Made by a program: the position numbers and the translations under genes. The notes under the pieces are model-generated. The model made no database searches and had not been told where the DNA came from. It saw only the letters and a list, made by a program, of their open reading frames with translations. DNA of 64,000 nt from Clostridia bacterium (GTDB lineage: Bacteria > CBDUZB01 > JAGLHV01): assembly GCA_030637025.1 (NCBI GenBank), contig DAOVVV010000003.1, forward strand, positions 9,672 through 73,671. Direction: 5' to 3'. Positions 1-10,833 of the stretch are shown here, one piece after another (position 1 is the first letter of the stretch; the number at the start of each line of letters is the position of its first letter).

Positions 1-215
1 TTCTTTAAATCATAATTATTTGCTTTTCTTGCGATATCTTTTATTTCTCCCTTTTTTTTCTCTAATATTTTTTCCAATTCTACCACTTCTCCCCATTCAA
101 TACCATTTTCCGTATCTACCAAAACCTTATTTCCCACGGCTAAATCCAAATCCCGGGGATTAAAATACAAAACTTCTTTGGTTTTTCTTATTTCCACTCC
201 TACAACTACCGGCAT
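1..215 (-). CDS. PSP1/RicT-family protein, N-terminal fragment (continues beyond window start)
   Basis: ATG at 213-215 (reverse complement) is preceded by GGAG. My translation is MPVVVGVEIRKTKEVLYFNPRDLDLAVGNKVLVDTENGIEWGEVVELEKIL..., which fits the PSP1 N-terminal pattern. It lies downstream of tmk-holB, a common synteny. Confidence 0.7.
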   Translation of the reverse strand, partial: MPVVVGVEIRKTKEVLYFNPRDLDLAVGNKVLVDTENGIEWGEVVELEKILEKKKGEIKDIARKANNYDLK

Positions 216-289
216 ACTATTTTCTCCTTAAAGTTAATTTTTTATCTACACTATTTTTTCTTTTTGTAACTAATTGTATATGCTGAATA

Positions 290-1297
290 TTAAATTATCC
301 GGGCAATCTCCTTGTCTTCGATTATTCTATTTATACTTAAAAACATTTCATCCAGAGCTATGCCTACATTTATATTCCTTTTTATATTTTCTTTCGTTTG
401 CAAAATAATTTCTAAAATGCTTTGATATTTGCCGTTAGGATTTTTATACATTTTTTGTTTATAGGCAGCCATCATTATACTTAAAATTTTTTCCAGTTCT
501 TCCCTATCCTTACTAAAAGATAATTTCTCACTTTCAGAAAATAAACTGATAAAATCTCCCTGGATGATTTTAGCAATTAAAAAGTCAGCCTTCTTTTTAC
601 TTTCCTCAGTCTTTCCCTGGGAAAGAGAAAAAGCCTTTCCTATACTGCCGTTAGACAATTGACTGAAAAACAAAGCTTTTTCTTCTTCTATTTTATATTT
701 TTCTCTTAAAGAGCGAACTATCAAATTATCCGAAAGCAAATTAAATTTAATCACCTGACACCTGGAAATAATCGTGGGTAATATTCCATATTTGTTTTGT
801 GCAATAAGAATAATTAAAACCCTATCCGGCGGTTCTTCCAAAAGTTTCAATACGCTATTTGCAGATTCTTTATTCATCATCCGGGCTTTATCAATTATGT
901 AAACTTTACAGCTGCCCTCCATCGGTTTAAATTGTGCCTGATATTTTAAAGTCCTCATCTGGTTGATACGAATATCTTTTTTTTCAGGATAAATAAAACT
1001 CACATCCGGATGAATCTGTTTTTCAATCTTTTTACAAGAAATACACTCTCCGCAAGCATCGTAAGTATTTATATCCTGCAGAGCTAAATCTGCCCCGGAT
1101 GCGTGCTTTTCTCCCTTGTTGTCTATCGCCACTCTATGTTTACAATTTAACAAACGGGCAAAAGCAAAAGCAGTAGATTTTTTGCCCACACCTTCCGGAC
1201 CTACAAACAAATAAGCATGCGCATATTTTTCCGCTTTTACTGCATTTTGTATAATTTTAAGGGGAATTTCCTGCCCCAAAATATTTGAAAAATACAT
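290..1297 (-). CDS. holB: DNA polymerase III delta-prime subunit
   Basis: 335 aa. It has the AAA+ clamp-loader P-loop AHAYLFVGPEGVGKKS, the Cys module CGECISCKK and the SRC motif PTIISRCQV. It directly follows tmk. Confidence 0.9.
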   Translation of the reverse strand: MYFSNILGQEIPLKIIQNAVKAEKYAHAYLFVGPEGVGKKSTAFAFARLLNCKHRVAIDNKGEKHASGADLALQDINTYDACGECISCKKIEKQIHPDVSFIYPEKKDIRINQMRTLKYQAQFKPMEGSCKVYIIDKARMMNKESANSVLKLLEEPPDRVLIILIAQNKYGILPTIISRCQVIKFNLLSDNLIVRSLREKYKIEEEKALFFSQLSNGSIGKAFSLSQGKTEESKKKADFLIAKIIQGDFISLFSESEKLSFSKDREELEKILSIMMAAYKQKMYKNPNGKYQSILEIILQTKENIKRNINVGIALDEMFLSINRIIEDKEIARII

Positions 1298-1312
1298 TTT
1301 CTAATCTCTTTT

Positions 1313-1969
1313 TTATTTTATTTTAATAACTATGTTAATACAACGAACTATTTCTCCGAAAACTTCCTCTATACTTCCTGTACCGGAAATTACTTTTATC
1401 CTTCCCGGTGCTTCCCGGGCAATGGCCAAATATCCCCGGCGAACCTTTCGGTGAAAAGAAATTTTCTCCTGTTCCAGACGGTCTGCTTTACCTTTTTTAA
1501 AATCCTTAGCCGTATTGACCGCTCTTTTCAAGCCTTGCTGTACACTTATATCCAAAAGCAAGGTCAAATCAGGAATAATTCCATCACCAACAAAATATCC
1601 TATTTTTTTTATTAAACTCCTGTCCAACCCTCTTCCGTATCCCTGATAAGCCAGGGTAGCATCATTAAACCGTTCACAGATAATAATTCTTCCTTCTTTT
1701 AACGCCGGCTTAATTACCTGCTCCATATGCTCTGCTCTATCGGCAAAATTAAGAAAAAGTTCGGTTTTAGAGTCAATTTTATTACGCGGATTTAATAAAA
1801 TTTTGCGCAAAACCCGGCCTAAATCCGTACCACCCGGCTCCCTGGTATGAATCACCGGAAACCCCTGAGCTTTTAAATATTTACAAATCTTCTTTGCCTG
1901 AAGGCTTTTCCCACTTCCCTCCGGCCCTTCAAAGGTAATAAATATCCCTTTTTTCCCTTGCTTTTTCAT
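1313..1969 (-). CDS. tmk: thymidylate kinase
   Basis: 218 aa. P-loop GIFITFEGPEGSGKS and HTREPGGTDLG are present, and the length is typical. Confidence 0.93.
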   Translation of the reverse strand: MKKQGKKGIFITFEGPEGSGKSLQAKKICKYLKAQGFPVIHTREPGGTDLGRVLRKILLNPRNKIDSKTELFLNFADRAEHMEQVIKPALKEGRIIICERFNDATLAYQGYGRGLDRSLIKKIGYFVGDGIIPDLTLLLDISVQQGLKRAVNTAKDFKKGKADRLEQEKISFHRKVRRGYLAIAREAPGRIKVISGTGSIEEVFGEIVRCINIVIKIK

Positions 1970-2346
1970 TGATTTTACCTTATTTTAGTCCGTCTACACC
2001 TATAGCACTTTATTATAACAAAATTACTTAAAAATATCAATATATTCTTTTAGTCCTTTTTCTATTCAAAATAGGGCTATATTTCTATACTTTTTTAATG
2101 ATTTTGTTTGTTTTTAGTAAAAGATTTATTTTTTAGGCAGAACATCCTGAATTCAGGAAAAATTCAGAATGTTTATTTGTTTTTTAAACAGAACCAAAAA
2201 TCCACTTTATTGCTTTCCTTATATCCTGAACAAAAAGGCTCACATCTCCCAAATACGTTTTTTTTCTTGTCCATCCTCTTCTTAAAATATTTTTTAATTG
2301 CTTATTATGATTATTAAATTCTTTTATCATAAAATCAATTAGTTTA

Positions 2347-3510
2347 TCAAATGTTTTCATCCCTTAATAATGTATTCTGATATAACTCAATCATTCGATC
2401 GGTTATTTTATCCCAGGTAAATTTTTCTGATATTAACTGTTGTCCGTTTTTTCCCATTTCTTTGCAAAGCTGTGGGTTATCTAACAACCTTACCAATGAG
2501 TTAACTAATTGCTTAACATCCGGCTCAATAACTACCCCTGCCTTAACTTCTTCTATTTCAGAGAAATTACAGCGACTTGTTATTACTATAGGAAGTTTAC
2601 ATGCCATAGCTTCTAAAATGCTTATGCTAAATCCTTCAAAATAAGATGGTAAAACGAAAATATCTGCTCTACTTAAAACTGCAAATTTATTATTTCCTGT
2701 TAACATTCCTGTAAAAATACTGTTTTCTAATGCCTGCTCATGTTTGAGTATTTTAACAATTTCTTTCTTGTACACATTATTATCATGGCCTGCTATAATC
2801 AATTGAACATCGTTTCTCTTTTTTAAAACAACGCCAAAAGCTTTTGCAAGCAGATCAAGACCTTTTTTAGGATACACCCGTCCCAAAAACAATATTACTT
2901 TTTTACCTTTCAATTGGGGATATAATTTTTCAATAGTATTTTTAGATGGAAGATTTTCAAAAGTTTTTAGATTTACGCCGTTTGGCAAGTAAAATATATT
3001 TTCACTGCGAACAAATCTATAGATTTCTTTAATTTCATTTTTAGAAATGGCCTGAATAGCTGAAGCTTTCTTCAAAATTTTTTTTTGGATAAAAAATGAA
3101 TAAATTTTTTTTTTGAAAGCTTTATGACAAAGTGGTAACGAATTAACTCCACCGTGCATCGTTACAATAAATTTTTTCTTTGAAAATTTTGCTGCCTTAA
3201 AAGCAGCAAAATGAGGGTAATGCCAAATTTCATGAATATGAATTAAATCGAAATTGGATATATCTTCCATTAATGCCTTTGCTAACAGGGGAGAATATGC
3301 TGTCCAAAATTTTGAAAAAAAAGTTTTTGGAAAAAGTTTTACATCAACTCCTTCCAGTTGATCAAGACATAAATCATCGTTTCTTCCCACAGAAGTAAAA
3401 ACAGACACCTTAATCCCTTTTTGAACCAAAGCTTTTGTCAAACCAATAATAACCTGCGTTGGACCGCCATATTTATAATCTAAACTTGGCACTACATATA
3501 ATACTTTCAT
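2347..3510 (-). CDS. glycosyltransferase, GT4 family (GT-B fold)
   Basis: 387 aa with the C-terminal GT4 signature IFVLPSYFEGFSISILEAMACKLPIVITS (E-x7-E). Confidence 0.85.
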   Translation of the reverse strand: MKVLYVVPSLDYKYGGPTQVIIGLTKALVQKGIKVSVFTSVGRNDDLCLDQLEGVDVKLFPKTFFSKFWTAYSPLLAKALMEDISNFDLIHIHEIWHYPHFAAFKAAKFSKKKFIVTMHGGVNSLPLCHKAFKKKIYSFFIQKKILKKASAIQAISKNEIKEIYRFVRSENIFYLPNGVNLKTFENLPSKNTIEKLYPQLKGKKVILFLGRVYPKKGLDLLAKAFGVVLKKRNDVQLIIAGHDNNVYKKEIVKILKHEQALENSIFTGMLTGNNKFAVLSRADIFVLPSYFEGFSISILEAMACKLPIVITSRCNFSEIEEVKAGVVIEPDVKQLVNSLVRLLDNPQLCKEMGKNGQQLISEKFTWDKITDRMIELYQNTLLRDENI

Positions 3511-3548
3511 ATCGCATTAATTTGAAACTTTATCCCTTTTTTTTATTT

Positions 3549-4775
3549 TCAAAATTTATGTATTTTTAACATAATATACTCATTGGGGAAATAAATTTTA
3601 AGTAATTGTCTTATTTGTGTTATCTGGTCTATTTCGAATATTGGTTCAATAGTTTCTAATCCTTTTTTAATTAAATGCTTCCTTTTTTTAGTGTCTCTTA
3701 TAATATTTTTAACGGCCTCGGCAATAACATCTTCGGATTTGGGCGGTATTATCAGCGCATTTTCTTCATGTTTCATTAGCCCTTTAATTCCACCTGCATC
3801 GGTAGTAATAATAGGTAAACTCTGGCTCATTGCTTCATACAAAACTCTGGGAAATCCTTCACTTAAAGTCGGCAAAATAAATATATCACATTCACGATAT
3901 ATTGTTATTAAATCCGGACCATTAGGAATATATCCCTTAAACTTTACCCTCTCATTTAAATTAAAATCATTTATTAAGTTAACCAAAATATTCTTATATT
4001 CTTTATTTGCCGGGCCAACAATCCAAAGAACTATTTTTTCTTTAATTAAAGGAATCGCTCTTATAAGATATTCTAAACCTTTCCACTGGTTTATTGATCC
4101 AACAAAAAGACACTTGATAATATGTCCCTGACAAGTATCTTCTCTAAAATATATATTCTCTTTTCTAAAATTAATTTCCGGTTGAGTTTCTATTATTTTA
4201 CCTTTTATTTTGTTTTTGTATTTATTTTTAAGTGCCTTACCAGATACTAATATTAACTTAGAACCTCTCATTACTATATATTCAAAACATCGGTTTACTT
4301 TTTTGTAAACAGGTAATAATAATTTTTTAGGGCCTTGATTCCATCGCCAGGTGTAATGTGATATTGCTTCCCAATCAGCACCGACATAAACCCAAAAAGG
4401 GCGATGTCCATATAATTTGTTTATAAAATAAGTTATTACAGATTGATAATTAGGAAGAAACAGATAAATCATTCCCCATTGTTTTATGTGTCTTGTAATA
4501 ACCCAGACACATTTAACATTCCGCCAAATTCTTTTTATGATTCCGGCATTTTCATCCTTATCTTTTGGCAATTCAAGCACACTTATCTTTTTCCCCCGAA
4601 GACAAAAGTGACAATAACTTTCATATGCTGATTTTCTGGGGTAAACTGAAGCACATAAAATAACTTCTTGAAATGTCAAAGATAAATCGACTAATAACTT
4701 TCCGAAAACATCTTTAACATAAAAATCTTTCCCATCAAATTCTATAGTTCCTCTTGATATTACCGTAAGCTTCAT
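3549..4775 (-). CDS. glycosyltransferase, GT4-like
   Basis: 408 aa with IFILPTLSEGFPRVLYEAMSQSLPIITTDAGG. It has a 4-nt overlap with the upstream GT gene. Confidence 0.8.
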   Translation of the reverse strand: MKLTVISRGTIEFDGKDFYVKDVFGKLLVDLSLTFQEVILCASVYPRKSAYESYCHFCLRGKKISVLELPKDKDENAGIIKRIWRNVKCVWVITRHIKQWGMIYLFLPNYQSVITYFINKLYGHRPFWVYVGADWEAISHYTWRWNQGPKKLLLPVYKKVNRCFEYIVMRGSKLILVSGKALKNKYKNKIKGKIIETQPEINFRKENIYFREDTCQGHIIKCLFVGSINQWKGLEYLIRAIPLIKEKIVLWIVGPANKEYKNILVNLINDFNLNERVKFKGYIPNGPDLITIYRECDIFILPTLSEGFPRVLYEAMSQSLPIITTDAGGIKGLMKHEENALIIPPKSEDVIAEAVKNIIRDTKKRKHLIKKGLETIEPIFEIDQITQIRQLLKIYFPNEYIMLKIHKF

Positions 4776-5941
4776 TTTTTATTTCCTATCGTATAATTTA
4801 CCGCTTTAATAAATTTATCGGCATAAAAGTCTACCCCTCTCGTAGAAATTGATTGAGATATTTTTGTTCTATTTGATAATTCAGAGAAATTATCAACCAC
4901 CATTTCAATCTTATCTTTAATATCTTTTACATCATAAGGGTCAAAAATATAACCATTTATACCTTCTTTCAGCAAATCATAAGCCGCTCCATCGTATTTA
5001 GAAACCAAAGTAAAAAGTCCACTTGCCAACGCTTCACTCACAACAATACTAAAACAATCTTTTAATGAAGGCAAAATAAACACATCAGCCAAGGCATAAT
5101 ATTTCACAATATCTTGTTTCTGTTTAAATTTAATGAATTTAACTTTTTCCTTCAACCCATTTTGAACACAAAAATCCAACAACCTGTTATATTGTTGTCC
5201 TTCACCTATTATTAATAAAATTATATTATTTTTTTTTATTTTTTTAAATGCCTCTAATAATTTTAATATACCCTTTTGCTCTATTAATCGACTTACACAA
5301 ACAAATATTATTTGTGGATATTTCTCCCTCGTTAAAATAAAATCTTCCTTGTCTCTTAAAACACAAGACCAATTCCTATAAAAATCAATATCCCCGACAT
5401 TACATCCTCTAAATATGCTGTTTTTCTCTGCTCCCAAAAATTGCAAATTCTCTTGAGCTTTGGTTCCATAAGCAATAAATGCATCACAATATCTAATATA
5501 AAACTTCTTCAATCTATCTCTAATTCCTACATGATTTTTGCAATGATTTTTATTAAAAACCACACTTCCCGACCACAATATTGTACACCTGCTAAATAAT
5601 TTTGCATAAAACAGGGCAATCCAACAAGTTAGAGAATCATATCCACCAAGAATAATAACATCCGGTTTTTCTAAACTCAAACGCAAAAAAATACCCATGT
5701 TAAAATGTATTTCCCATTCTTTTTTTTTGACAGGTATATGAAAACCTCTTAGTTTGCTAAAATTAAATTTTATGTCATTGTAATATATATTCCATTTGCG
5801 ATTAAATTCCCGTTCTTTCATAAAATAGACTTTAAAATCAAATTCATTCCTTTCCGCAATTTTATTGAAAAGGGGTATCCGGTAAGGAGACATCATATTA
5901 GTTATCAAAACAACTTTTCTTCTCTTCTTTAATATTTTCAT
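4772..5941 (-). CDS. glycosyltransferase, GT4 family
   Basis: 389 aa with VFILPSLKDCFSIVVSEALASGLFTLVSKYDG. Confidence 0.8.
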   Translation of the reverse strand: MKILKKRRKVVLITNMMSPYRIPLFNKIAERNEFDFKVYFMKEREFNRKWNIYYNDIKFNFSKLRGFHIPVKKKEWEIHFNMGIFLRLSLEKPDVIILGGYDSLTCWIALFYAKLFSRCTILWSGSVVFNKNHCKNHVGIRDRLKKFYIRYCDAFIAYGTKAQENLQFLGAEKNSIFRGCNVGDIDFYRNWSCVLRDKEDFILTREKYPQIIFVCVSRLIEQKGILKLLEAFKKIKKNNIILLIIGEGQQYNRLLDFCVQNGLKEKVKFIKFKQKQDIVKYYALADVFILPSLKDCFSIVVSEALASGLFTLVSKYDGAAYDLLKEGINGYIFDPYDVKDIKDKIEMVVDNFSELSNRTKISQSISTRGVDFYADKFIKAVNYTIGNKK

Positions 5942-5942
5942 T

Positions 5943-7157
5943 TTATTTTTCTGCCTTTAAACATATACTTAAGTTACACCTGCCTTTTCTATCCAAAAAA
6001 TTAAAAGTTTTTTGAGTTATTCTTTCCCATGTAAATTCTTTTTTTACTCTTTCTTTTGCCGCTATACCAAGATTTTTACACAATTTTTCGTTATGGTATA
6101 TAGATATCATAGCATTTTTCAAACCATCTAAATCATCCTGTTCAACTAATAATCCCGTTTTAGAATTAAGTACTACTTCCGGAACACCGCCGTGATTAGA
6201 AGCAATAGAAGGCTTCCCTCTGGCCGCTGCCTCAAGAAACGATATACCAAACCCTTCAACCCCAACACCAACCTGTCTACTAGGCATAATATAGACATCG
6301 CATAAGTCATAAATTGCAATTTTATCGCATTCCTCTATATATCCGGTGAAAATTACATATTTATCTAAATTATAATCTTGCACAATTTTTTTTAATTTTT
6401 TCATGTAAAACCCTTCACCTACAATGACATATTTTATCTTTTCTAGAATTTCTTTTGGCATATTTATTAAACATTTTAATACTAATTCATGGCCTTTTCT
6501 AATATCAATCCTTGATAATGTTAAAAACACAAAACAATCGATAGCTATACCCAATCTTTTTTTAAAATGATTTACATGTTTTATCGGTTCATACAACATA
6601 TTATGGCCAATCCCACAAGGAATAACATTAATTCTTTCAGAATTAACAAAATCTATATGATGTTGTTCAATCAAATGCTTTGTAAATTCACTAATAGTTA
6701 TTATTGCCTTTGCCCTATTAAATAAACCGGATGAAAGGAACTTCAATAATTTATTACTGCGATAGGCTAATATTTCCGAACCATAATTTGTAATGCTGAA
6801 TTCCAATGGAATTAATTTCGAAACAACATTTAAAGCAATTTGTGTCGGCCAATCGGTACAGTGAATAATATCATACTGTTTATAATTTGTTCTTAAATAA
6901 AAATAAGCATTGTATATCAAATAAAGCAAATTAATCTTCGAAACTTTTCTACCACCTTTATAACGTATAGTTTTAAAAGATTGACTTTCATCAAACGATG
7001 ATACATTTGGAAAATTAAATGAAGGAGCTAATAAAGTAACGTTAAATCCCAATTTTGCTGCTGTTTTTGCAATATTATAAGTATATGTTCCAACCCCTCC
7101 TATTTTAGGATAATATTCATAAGTAAAAATCATAATTTTTAAATTATTTTTTATCAT
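5943..7157 (-). CDS. glycosyltransferase, GT4 family
   Basis: 404 aa with VYIMPSRQVGVGVEGFGISFLEAAARGKPSIASNHGG. One nucleotide separates it from the next GT. Confidence 0.85.
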   Translation of the reverse strand: MIKNNLKIMIFTYEYYPKIGGVGTYTYNIAKTAAKLGFNVTLLAPSFNFPNVSSFDESQSFKTIRYKGGRKVSKINLLYLIYNAYFYLRTNYKQYDIIHCTDWPTQIALNVVSKLIPLEFSITNYGSEILAYRSNKLLKFLSSGLFNRAKAIITISEFTKHLIEQHHIDFVNSERINVIPCGIGHNMLYEPIKHVNHFKKRLGIAIDCFVFLTLSRIDIRKGHELVLKCLINMPKEILEKIKYVIVGEGFYMKKLKKIVQDYNLDKYVIFTGYIEECDKIAIYDLCDVYIMPSRQVGVGVEGFGISFLEAAARGKPSIASNHGGVPEVVLNSKTGLLVEQDDLDGLKNAMISIYHNEKLCKNLGIAAKERVKKEFTWERITQKTFNFLDRKGRCNLSICLKAEK

Positions 7158-7186
7158 AATTAATTACACAGTGTTAAAAAACCCTT

Positions 7187-8650
7187 TTAATTTAAACCGA
7201 AGTTATTGTTGGAATTTTTAAATAAAATTTTATCTGTTATAGGTAACAGAGCAAATAAAATTGCAATAACTAACGTATGTTTATATGACGAAAACCTATT
7301 TTGAGTAAATGACATAACAATTAAAGAAAAAATACTGGTTAAAACACCAAAAAGAAGACTTTTAAAATAGGGTGAATGACAATTTTTATAAATTTTTATA
7401 CCGTTATAAAAAAAAGAAGAAAGGATCCAGAAAACCGAAAGAACACCTAAAACTCCCCATTTCCATATAATTTGAGGAAGTACTCCATGGAGAGAACTTG
7501 CTATATATCCGGCTTTTGTTAAATAAGGAACATTTATAACTCTTCCGAACCCATCACCTAAAATAAATGAGGAAAAGGAATTACACCATATCGGCAAAAC
7601 GAGTAAAATTTCTTTTTTACGGTACCACATTGATTCACCCTGAAAAGATTCTTTTGACAATAATTGAATAAGTTTTGTGGGCATACTCAAGAATTCCGGT
7701 ATAATTTCTTTAGGTAAGAAAATAGAACACATCGAAATACAAATAAACAAAATAAGCAATGAGAAAAAAACTTTTACTAAACGGAAAAAAATCATCTTCT
7801 CAATTCCAAGAATTATTAAATAGATAGCAAAAAATGTTAATACGATAACCGTAACAAATATCGTTCTATTAAAAGTTAGAACCAAAGCATAAAAAAAACA
7901 AACAAAAAGTAATAGATAAATTTTTCTATGTTTTTGATTATTAAAAAATAAAAATCCTAAAATAAAATTTAAACCCAACAAAGAATAAACCTGTGTTTTT
8001 CCCAAAAGTAACTGCAAAACAGATAAATTTACAAAAGAACGGTGAGCTATCAGATCCGGCTTAAAAAAATACAGGACAATAGAAGAACAAATTAAAAATG
8101 TGGTAGATAACAAACAAATTTTCATCAATGTTTTTAGTTGTTTTTCTTCTTTAAAAATATCAATTACAATAAAAAATAGGATATAATAAAAATGAGGAGT
8201 GGCCTGTCCCCTAATATTATTCAAAGAATATCCCCTAATAAAACCAAGTATTGTTGCAAAAACAACTAACCCAATAAAAAAACCCATTTCTTTTGATAAT
8301 ATCCTGGATGTCATATCAAATTTAACATCTTTATATCTGATGAGTTTTTTAGGTATCCAGGTTAACAAAAGCATATAAAAAATTAATTCGGAAATATCAT
8401 GATTCCCAATCGGTGTATGAAATTCAAAATAAAAATTATCAGAAAATCCTAATTCCCACATACAAATAACAAAAACACTTATTATCGGAAATCTAAAAAC
8501 AAGAATAAAGAAAATAATTGTCATTAAAAATAAACATAAAAAACTATAAGAATAAAAATATGAAAACCCTATAATTACAGCGGATATAACAGTAATTACT
8601 CCGTTGAAAACTTTTCTATCAAAATTCACGCCAAAAAATCTATACTCCAT
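7187..8650 (-). CDS. polytopic membrane protein, Wzy-type polymerase / O-antigen-ligase-like (Wzy_C-like loop)
   Basis: 487 aa, almost entirely hydrophobic helices (10 or more). The loop ASSLHGVLPQIIWKWGVLGV resembles the Wzy_C motif. It is embedded among the GT genes. Confidence 0.65.
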   Translation of the reverse strand: MEYRFFGVNFDRKVFNGVITVISAVIIGFSYFYSYSFLCLFLMTIIFFILVFRFPIISVFVICMWELGFSDNFYFEFHTPIGNHDISELIFYMLLLTWIPKKLIRYKDVKFDMTSRILSKEMGFFIGLVVFATILGFIRGYSLNNIRGQATPHFYYILFFIVIDIFKEEKQLKTLMKICLLSTTFLICSSIVLYFFKPDLIAHRSFVNLSVLQLLLGKTQVYSLLGLNFILGFLFFNNQKHRKIYLLLFVCFFYALVLTFNRTIFVTVIVLTFFAIYLIILGIEKMIFFRLVKVFFSLLILFICISMCSIFLPKEIIPEFLSMPTKLIQLLSKESFQGESMWYRKKEILLVLPIWCNSFSSFILGDGFGRVINVPYLTKAGYIASSLHGVLPQIIWKWGVLGVLSVFWILSSFFYNGIKIYKNCHSPYFKSLLFGVLTSIFSLIVMSFTQNRFSSYKHTLVIAILFALLPITDKILFKNSNNNFGLN

Positions 8651-8679
8651 ACTAACTCCTCTTGAAGCTTTTATGAATA

Positions 8680-9948
8680 TTATTGATTAAAATTTATTTT
8701 TAGGATTCTTTCATACAATTTAATTCTAGTATCAACATTATTTTCTACTGTAAAAAAAAATTTAACTTTTTCATAACCATTGTTTCCCATTATACCTGCT
8801 ATATCAGGGTTACGAAGAATATGCGTTATTTTGTCTGCCATTTCATCAGTATTATAGGGATTTATAATATACCCGTTTACCTCCTTTTCAACAACTTCCT
8901 TACTCCCCCCAAAGCAACTTGCAATTACAGGCTTTCTTGCAGCCATGGCTTCAAAATTTAATCTCGGCAATGGATCAGGATATAAAGAAGGAATTACAAC
9001 CAAATTACAAGTTGCCAAAAATTTTTTAAAATCCTTTCTACTAAGCCAATCCGTAAATATAATATTATCTCTCACACCCATTTTTTTTGCTAAATTCCCC
9101 AAATACTTAGCATAAAGGTTTGGTCTTCCGCATAATACCAAACATACATTTTTCCCGAATTTATCAACTATCTTAACCATACTCATTACCAAACATTCAA
9201 ACCCCTTACGTTTAACAAATCTACCACCGGAAAATATTATTTTTTTCTTAACCAAATTGTTCTTTTTTTTAGTTTCCTCAATTTCTTTTTCCGTAACCTG
9301 AAATTTCTCAGGATTCACTCCATTATAAATGACAGCTACATTTTTAAAACCGTTTTGATTTAATATTTTTTTAAGTTCTTCACTTACAACTATTGTTTTA
9401 GAAACATAACGATTAACTAACTTTTTTATAAAAAAATTACGCAGTGGATTATGCCTGTATTTTTGGCATATAATACATTTAAAAGCTTTTATTTTATATA
9501 TATCTTTATTACTTTTGTCATTAATTTTAGACATACTACACCTTAAAGCACCCGGACAAATTAAATATAAATCATGTGCCGTCAAAACAATTGGAATTTG
9601 CAAACTGCCTATTATTTTTAAAACATAATACGACAAATGTATATGAACTCCATGGACCTGTACTATGTCCGGTTTTATTTTTTTTATTACCCTTTTAACA
9701 ATACCTACAGTAAATGGATTAAACAGAGAAACATATTCATTTAAAATCATCTTATAATTAGAATAGATTCTATATATTACTATGCCTTCATACACTATTT
9801 TACCGGTTTTTTCCTTTTCTTGAACAGAACTTATAACAGAAACTTTATTTCCTTTTTCAATTAATCTTTTCGCTATCAAAAAAGTACTGATTTCTGCTCC
9901 ACCCCAGTGATCCGGAGGAAAAAAATCCGTGATTATAAGAATATTCAT
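8680..9948 (-). CDS. glycosyltransferase, GT4 family, with Cys4 insertion
   Basis: 422 aa with LVVIPSLYPDPLPRLNFEAMAARKPVIASCFGG. An insert between the two Rossmann halves carries C131, C137, C158 and C161 (CPGALRC...CIIC). Confidence 0.85.
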   Translation of the reverse strand: MNILIITDFFPPDHWGGAEISTFLIAKRLIEKGNKVSVISSVQEKEKTGKIVYEGIVIYRIYSNYKMILNEYVSLFNPFTVGIVKRVIKKIKPDIVQVHGVHIHLSYYVLKIIGSLQIPIVLTAHDLYLICPGALRCSMSKINDKSNKDIYKIKAFKCIICQKYRHNPLRNFFIKKLVNRYVSKTIVVSEELKKILNQNGFKNVAVIYNGVNPEKFQVTEKEIEETKKKNNLVKKKIIFSGGRFVKRKGFECLVMSMVKIVDKFGKNVCLVLCGRPNLYAKYLGNLAKKMGVRDNIIFTDWLSRKDFKKFLATCNLVVIPSLYPDPLPRLNFEAMAARKPVIASCFGGSKEVVEKEVNGYIINPYNTDEMADKITHILRNPDIAGIMGNNGYEKVKFFFTVENNVDTRIKLYERILKINFNQ

Positions 9949-10083
9949 TATTGTATAATTCCTCTTTTTTTGTTTTTCTAAAACATGGTAATTTAAAATT
10001 TACAAATCAAATCTTACTTTCAAGTTTAAATATTATTTTTATTACCTAAACAAATCGGTGGTTTCTGTCATACTTAGATTTTT

Positions 10084-10833
10084 TCATTTTATTAGTAATC
10101 CAATTTGCAAAGCAAACCGGTTATAAAATGATTTTTCATCACTTATTCCCATAAAAACGTTTATTTTTATATGTATAGCTAATAAGTTTATTATATATTT
10201 AAATATAGGTTTATTCCCTAATATTTTAAATTTTAGGCTATACACCTTTAACCAAAACAAGGGATGCGTATTTATTAATTTGACATTGTTAAATACTTTA
10301 CATAATTCACTTTTAAATACAGACGATGAATATTCTTTTAAATGTAATTCGTCATAACATTTTCCTGCTACCTTAATTGGCGTAGTAATTATTGCCTTTT
10401 CATTATCTTTTAAAACTCTTTTCATTTCATACAACATCTTTTCCGGATTGTTTAAGTGCTCTATCACATCACTTGAAATTACTATATCAAAAACATTATC
10501 TTTAAAAGGCAATTCATAAACAGAAGCAACTTGATAATTTACTTTTATTTTTTTCTCTTTACACTTTTTTTTTGCCAAATCAATAGCACAAGAACAATAA
10601 TCAACACCAAAAACTATGCCACCTTTTCGGGCAAGCAAATAACATAATACTCCATCCCCACAACCCACATCAAGTATCTTTTTATTTTTAATCTCAGGAA
10701 TACAATTAACGATTAAATCATACCTTGCTTTTACAAATGCATTATGTTTTTTTATTGATTTTGAAATATTGTTCCAATGATATGCGCCATTTTTCTCATA
10801 TTTATTAAATTTAATTTCTTTTTTATCAACCAT
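10084..10833 (-). CDS. class I SAM-dependent methyltransferase
   Basis: Motif I is KILDVGCGDGVL and a later motif is FDIVISSDVIEHL. I start it at ATG 10833 (MVDKKEIKF). The ORF-track start at 10881 adds 16 codons lying inside the wzx 3' end. Confidence 0.85.
   Translation of the reverse strand: MVDKKEIKFNKYEKNGAYHWNNISKSIKKHNAFVKARYDLIVNCIPEIKNKKILDVGCGDGVLCYLLARKGGIVFGVDYCSCAIDLAKKKCKEKKIKVNYQVASVYELPFKDNVFDIVISSDVIEHLNNPEKMLYEMKRVLKDNEKAIITTPIKVAGKCYDELHLKEYSSSVFKSELCKVFNNVKLINTHPLFWLKVYSLKFKILGNKPIFKYIINLLAIHIKINVFMGISDEKSFYNRFALQIGLLIK

Noticed and set aside
2108-2330. ORFs in the tmk/GT spacer: the + strand 69-aa ORF (2108..2317) and a minus-strand 48-codon ORF (2184..2330, MIKEFNNHNKQLKNILRRGWTRKKTYLGDVSLFVQDIRKAIKWIFGSV). 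There is also the palindrome CCTGAATTCAGG at 2144..2155.
   Set aside because: No recognisable motif or RBS is present, and the composition is low-complexity and AT-driven. The minus-strand ORF might be a gene remnant, but I cannot support it.
3691-4131. Numerous + strand ORFs nested antisense in minus-strand genes (for example 3691..4131, 14744..15121, 24448..24777, 45779..46129, 46690..47148), plus the same-strand nested ORF 36207..36437.
   Set aside because: All lie wholly inside long, motif-supported CDS on the opposite strand or in another frame. Their translations are low-complexity (Ile/Phe/Ser/Leu-rich), as expected from antisense reading of AT-rich genes.
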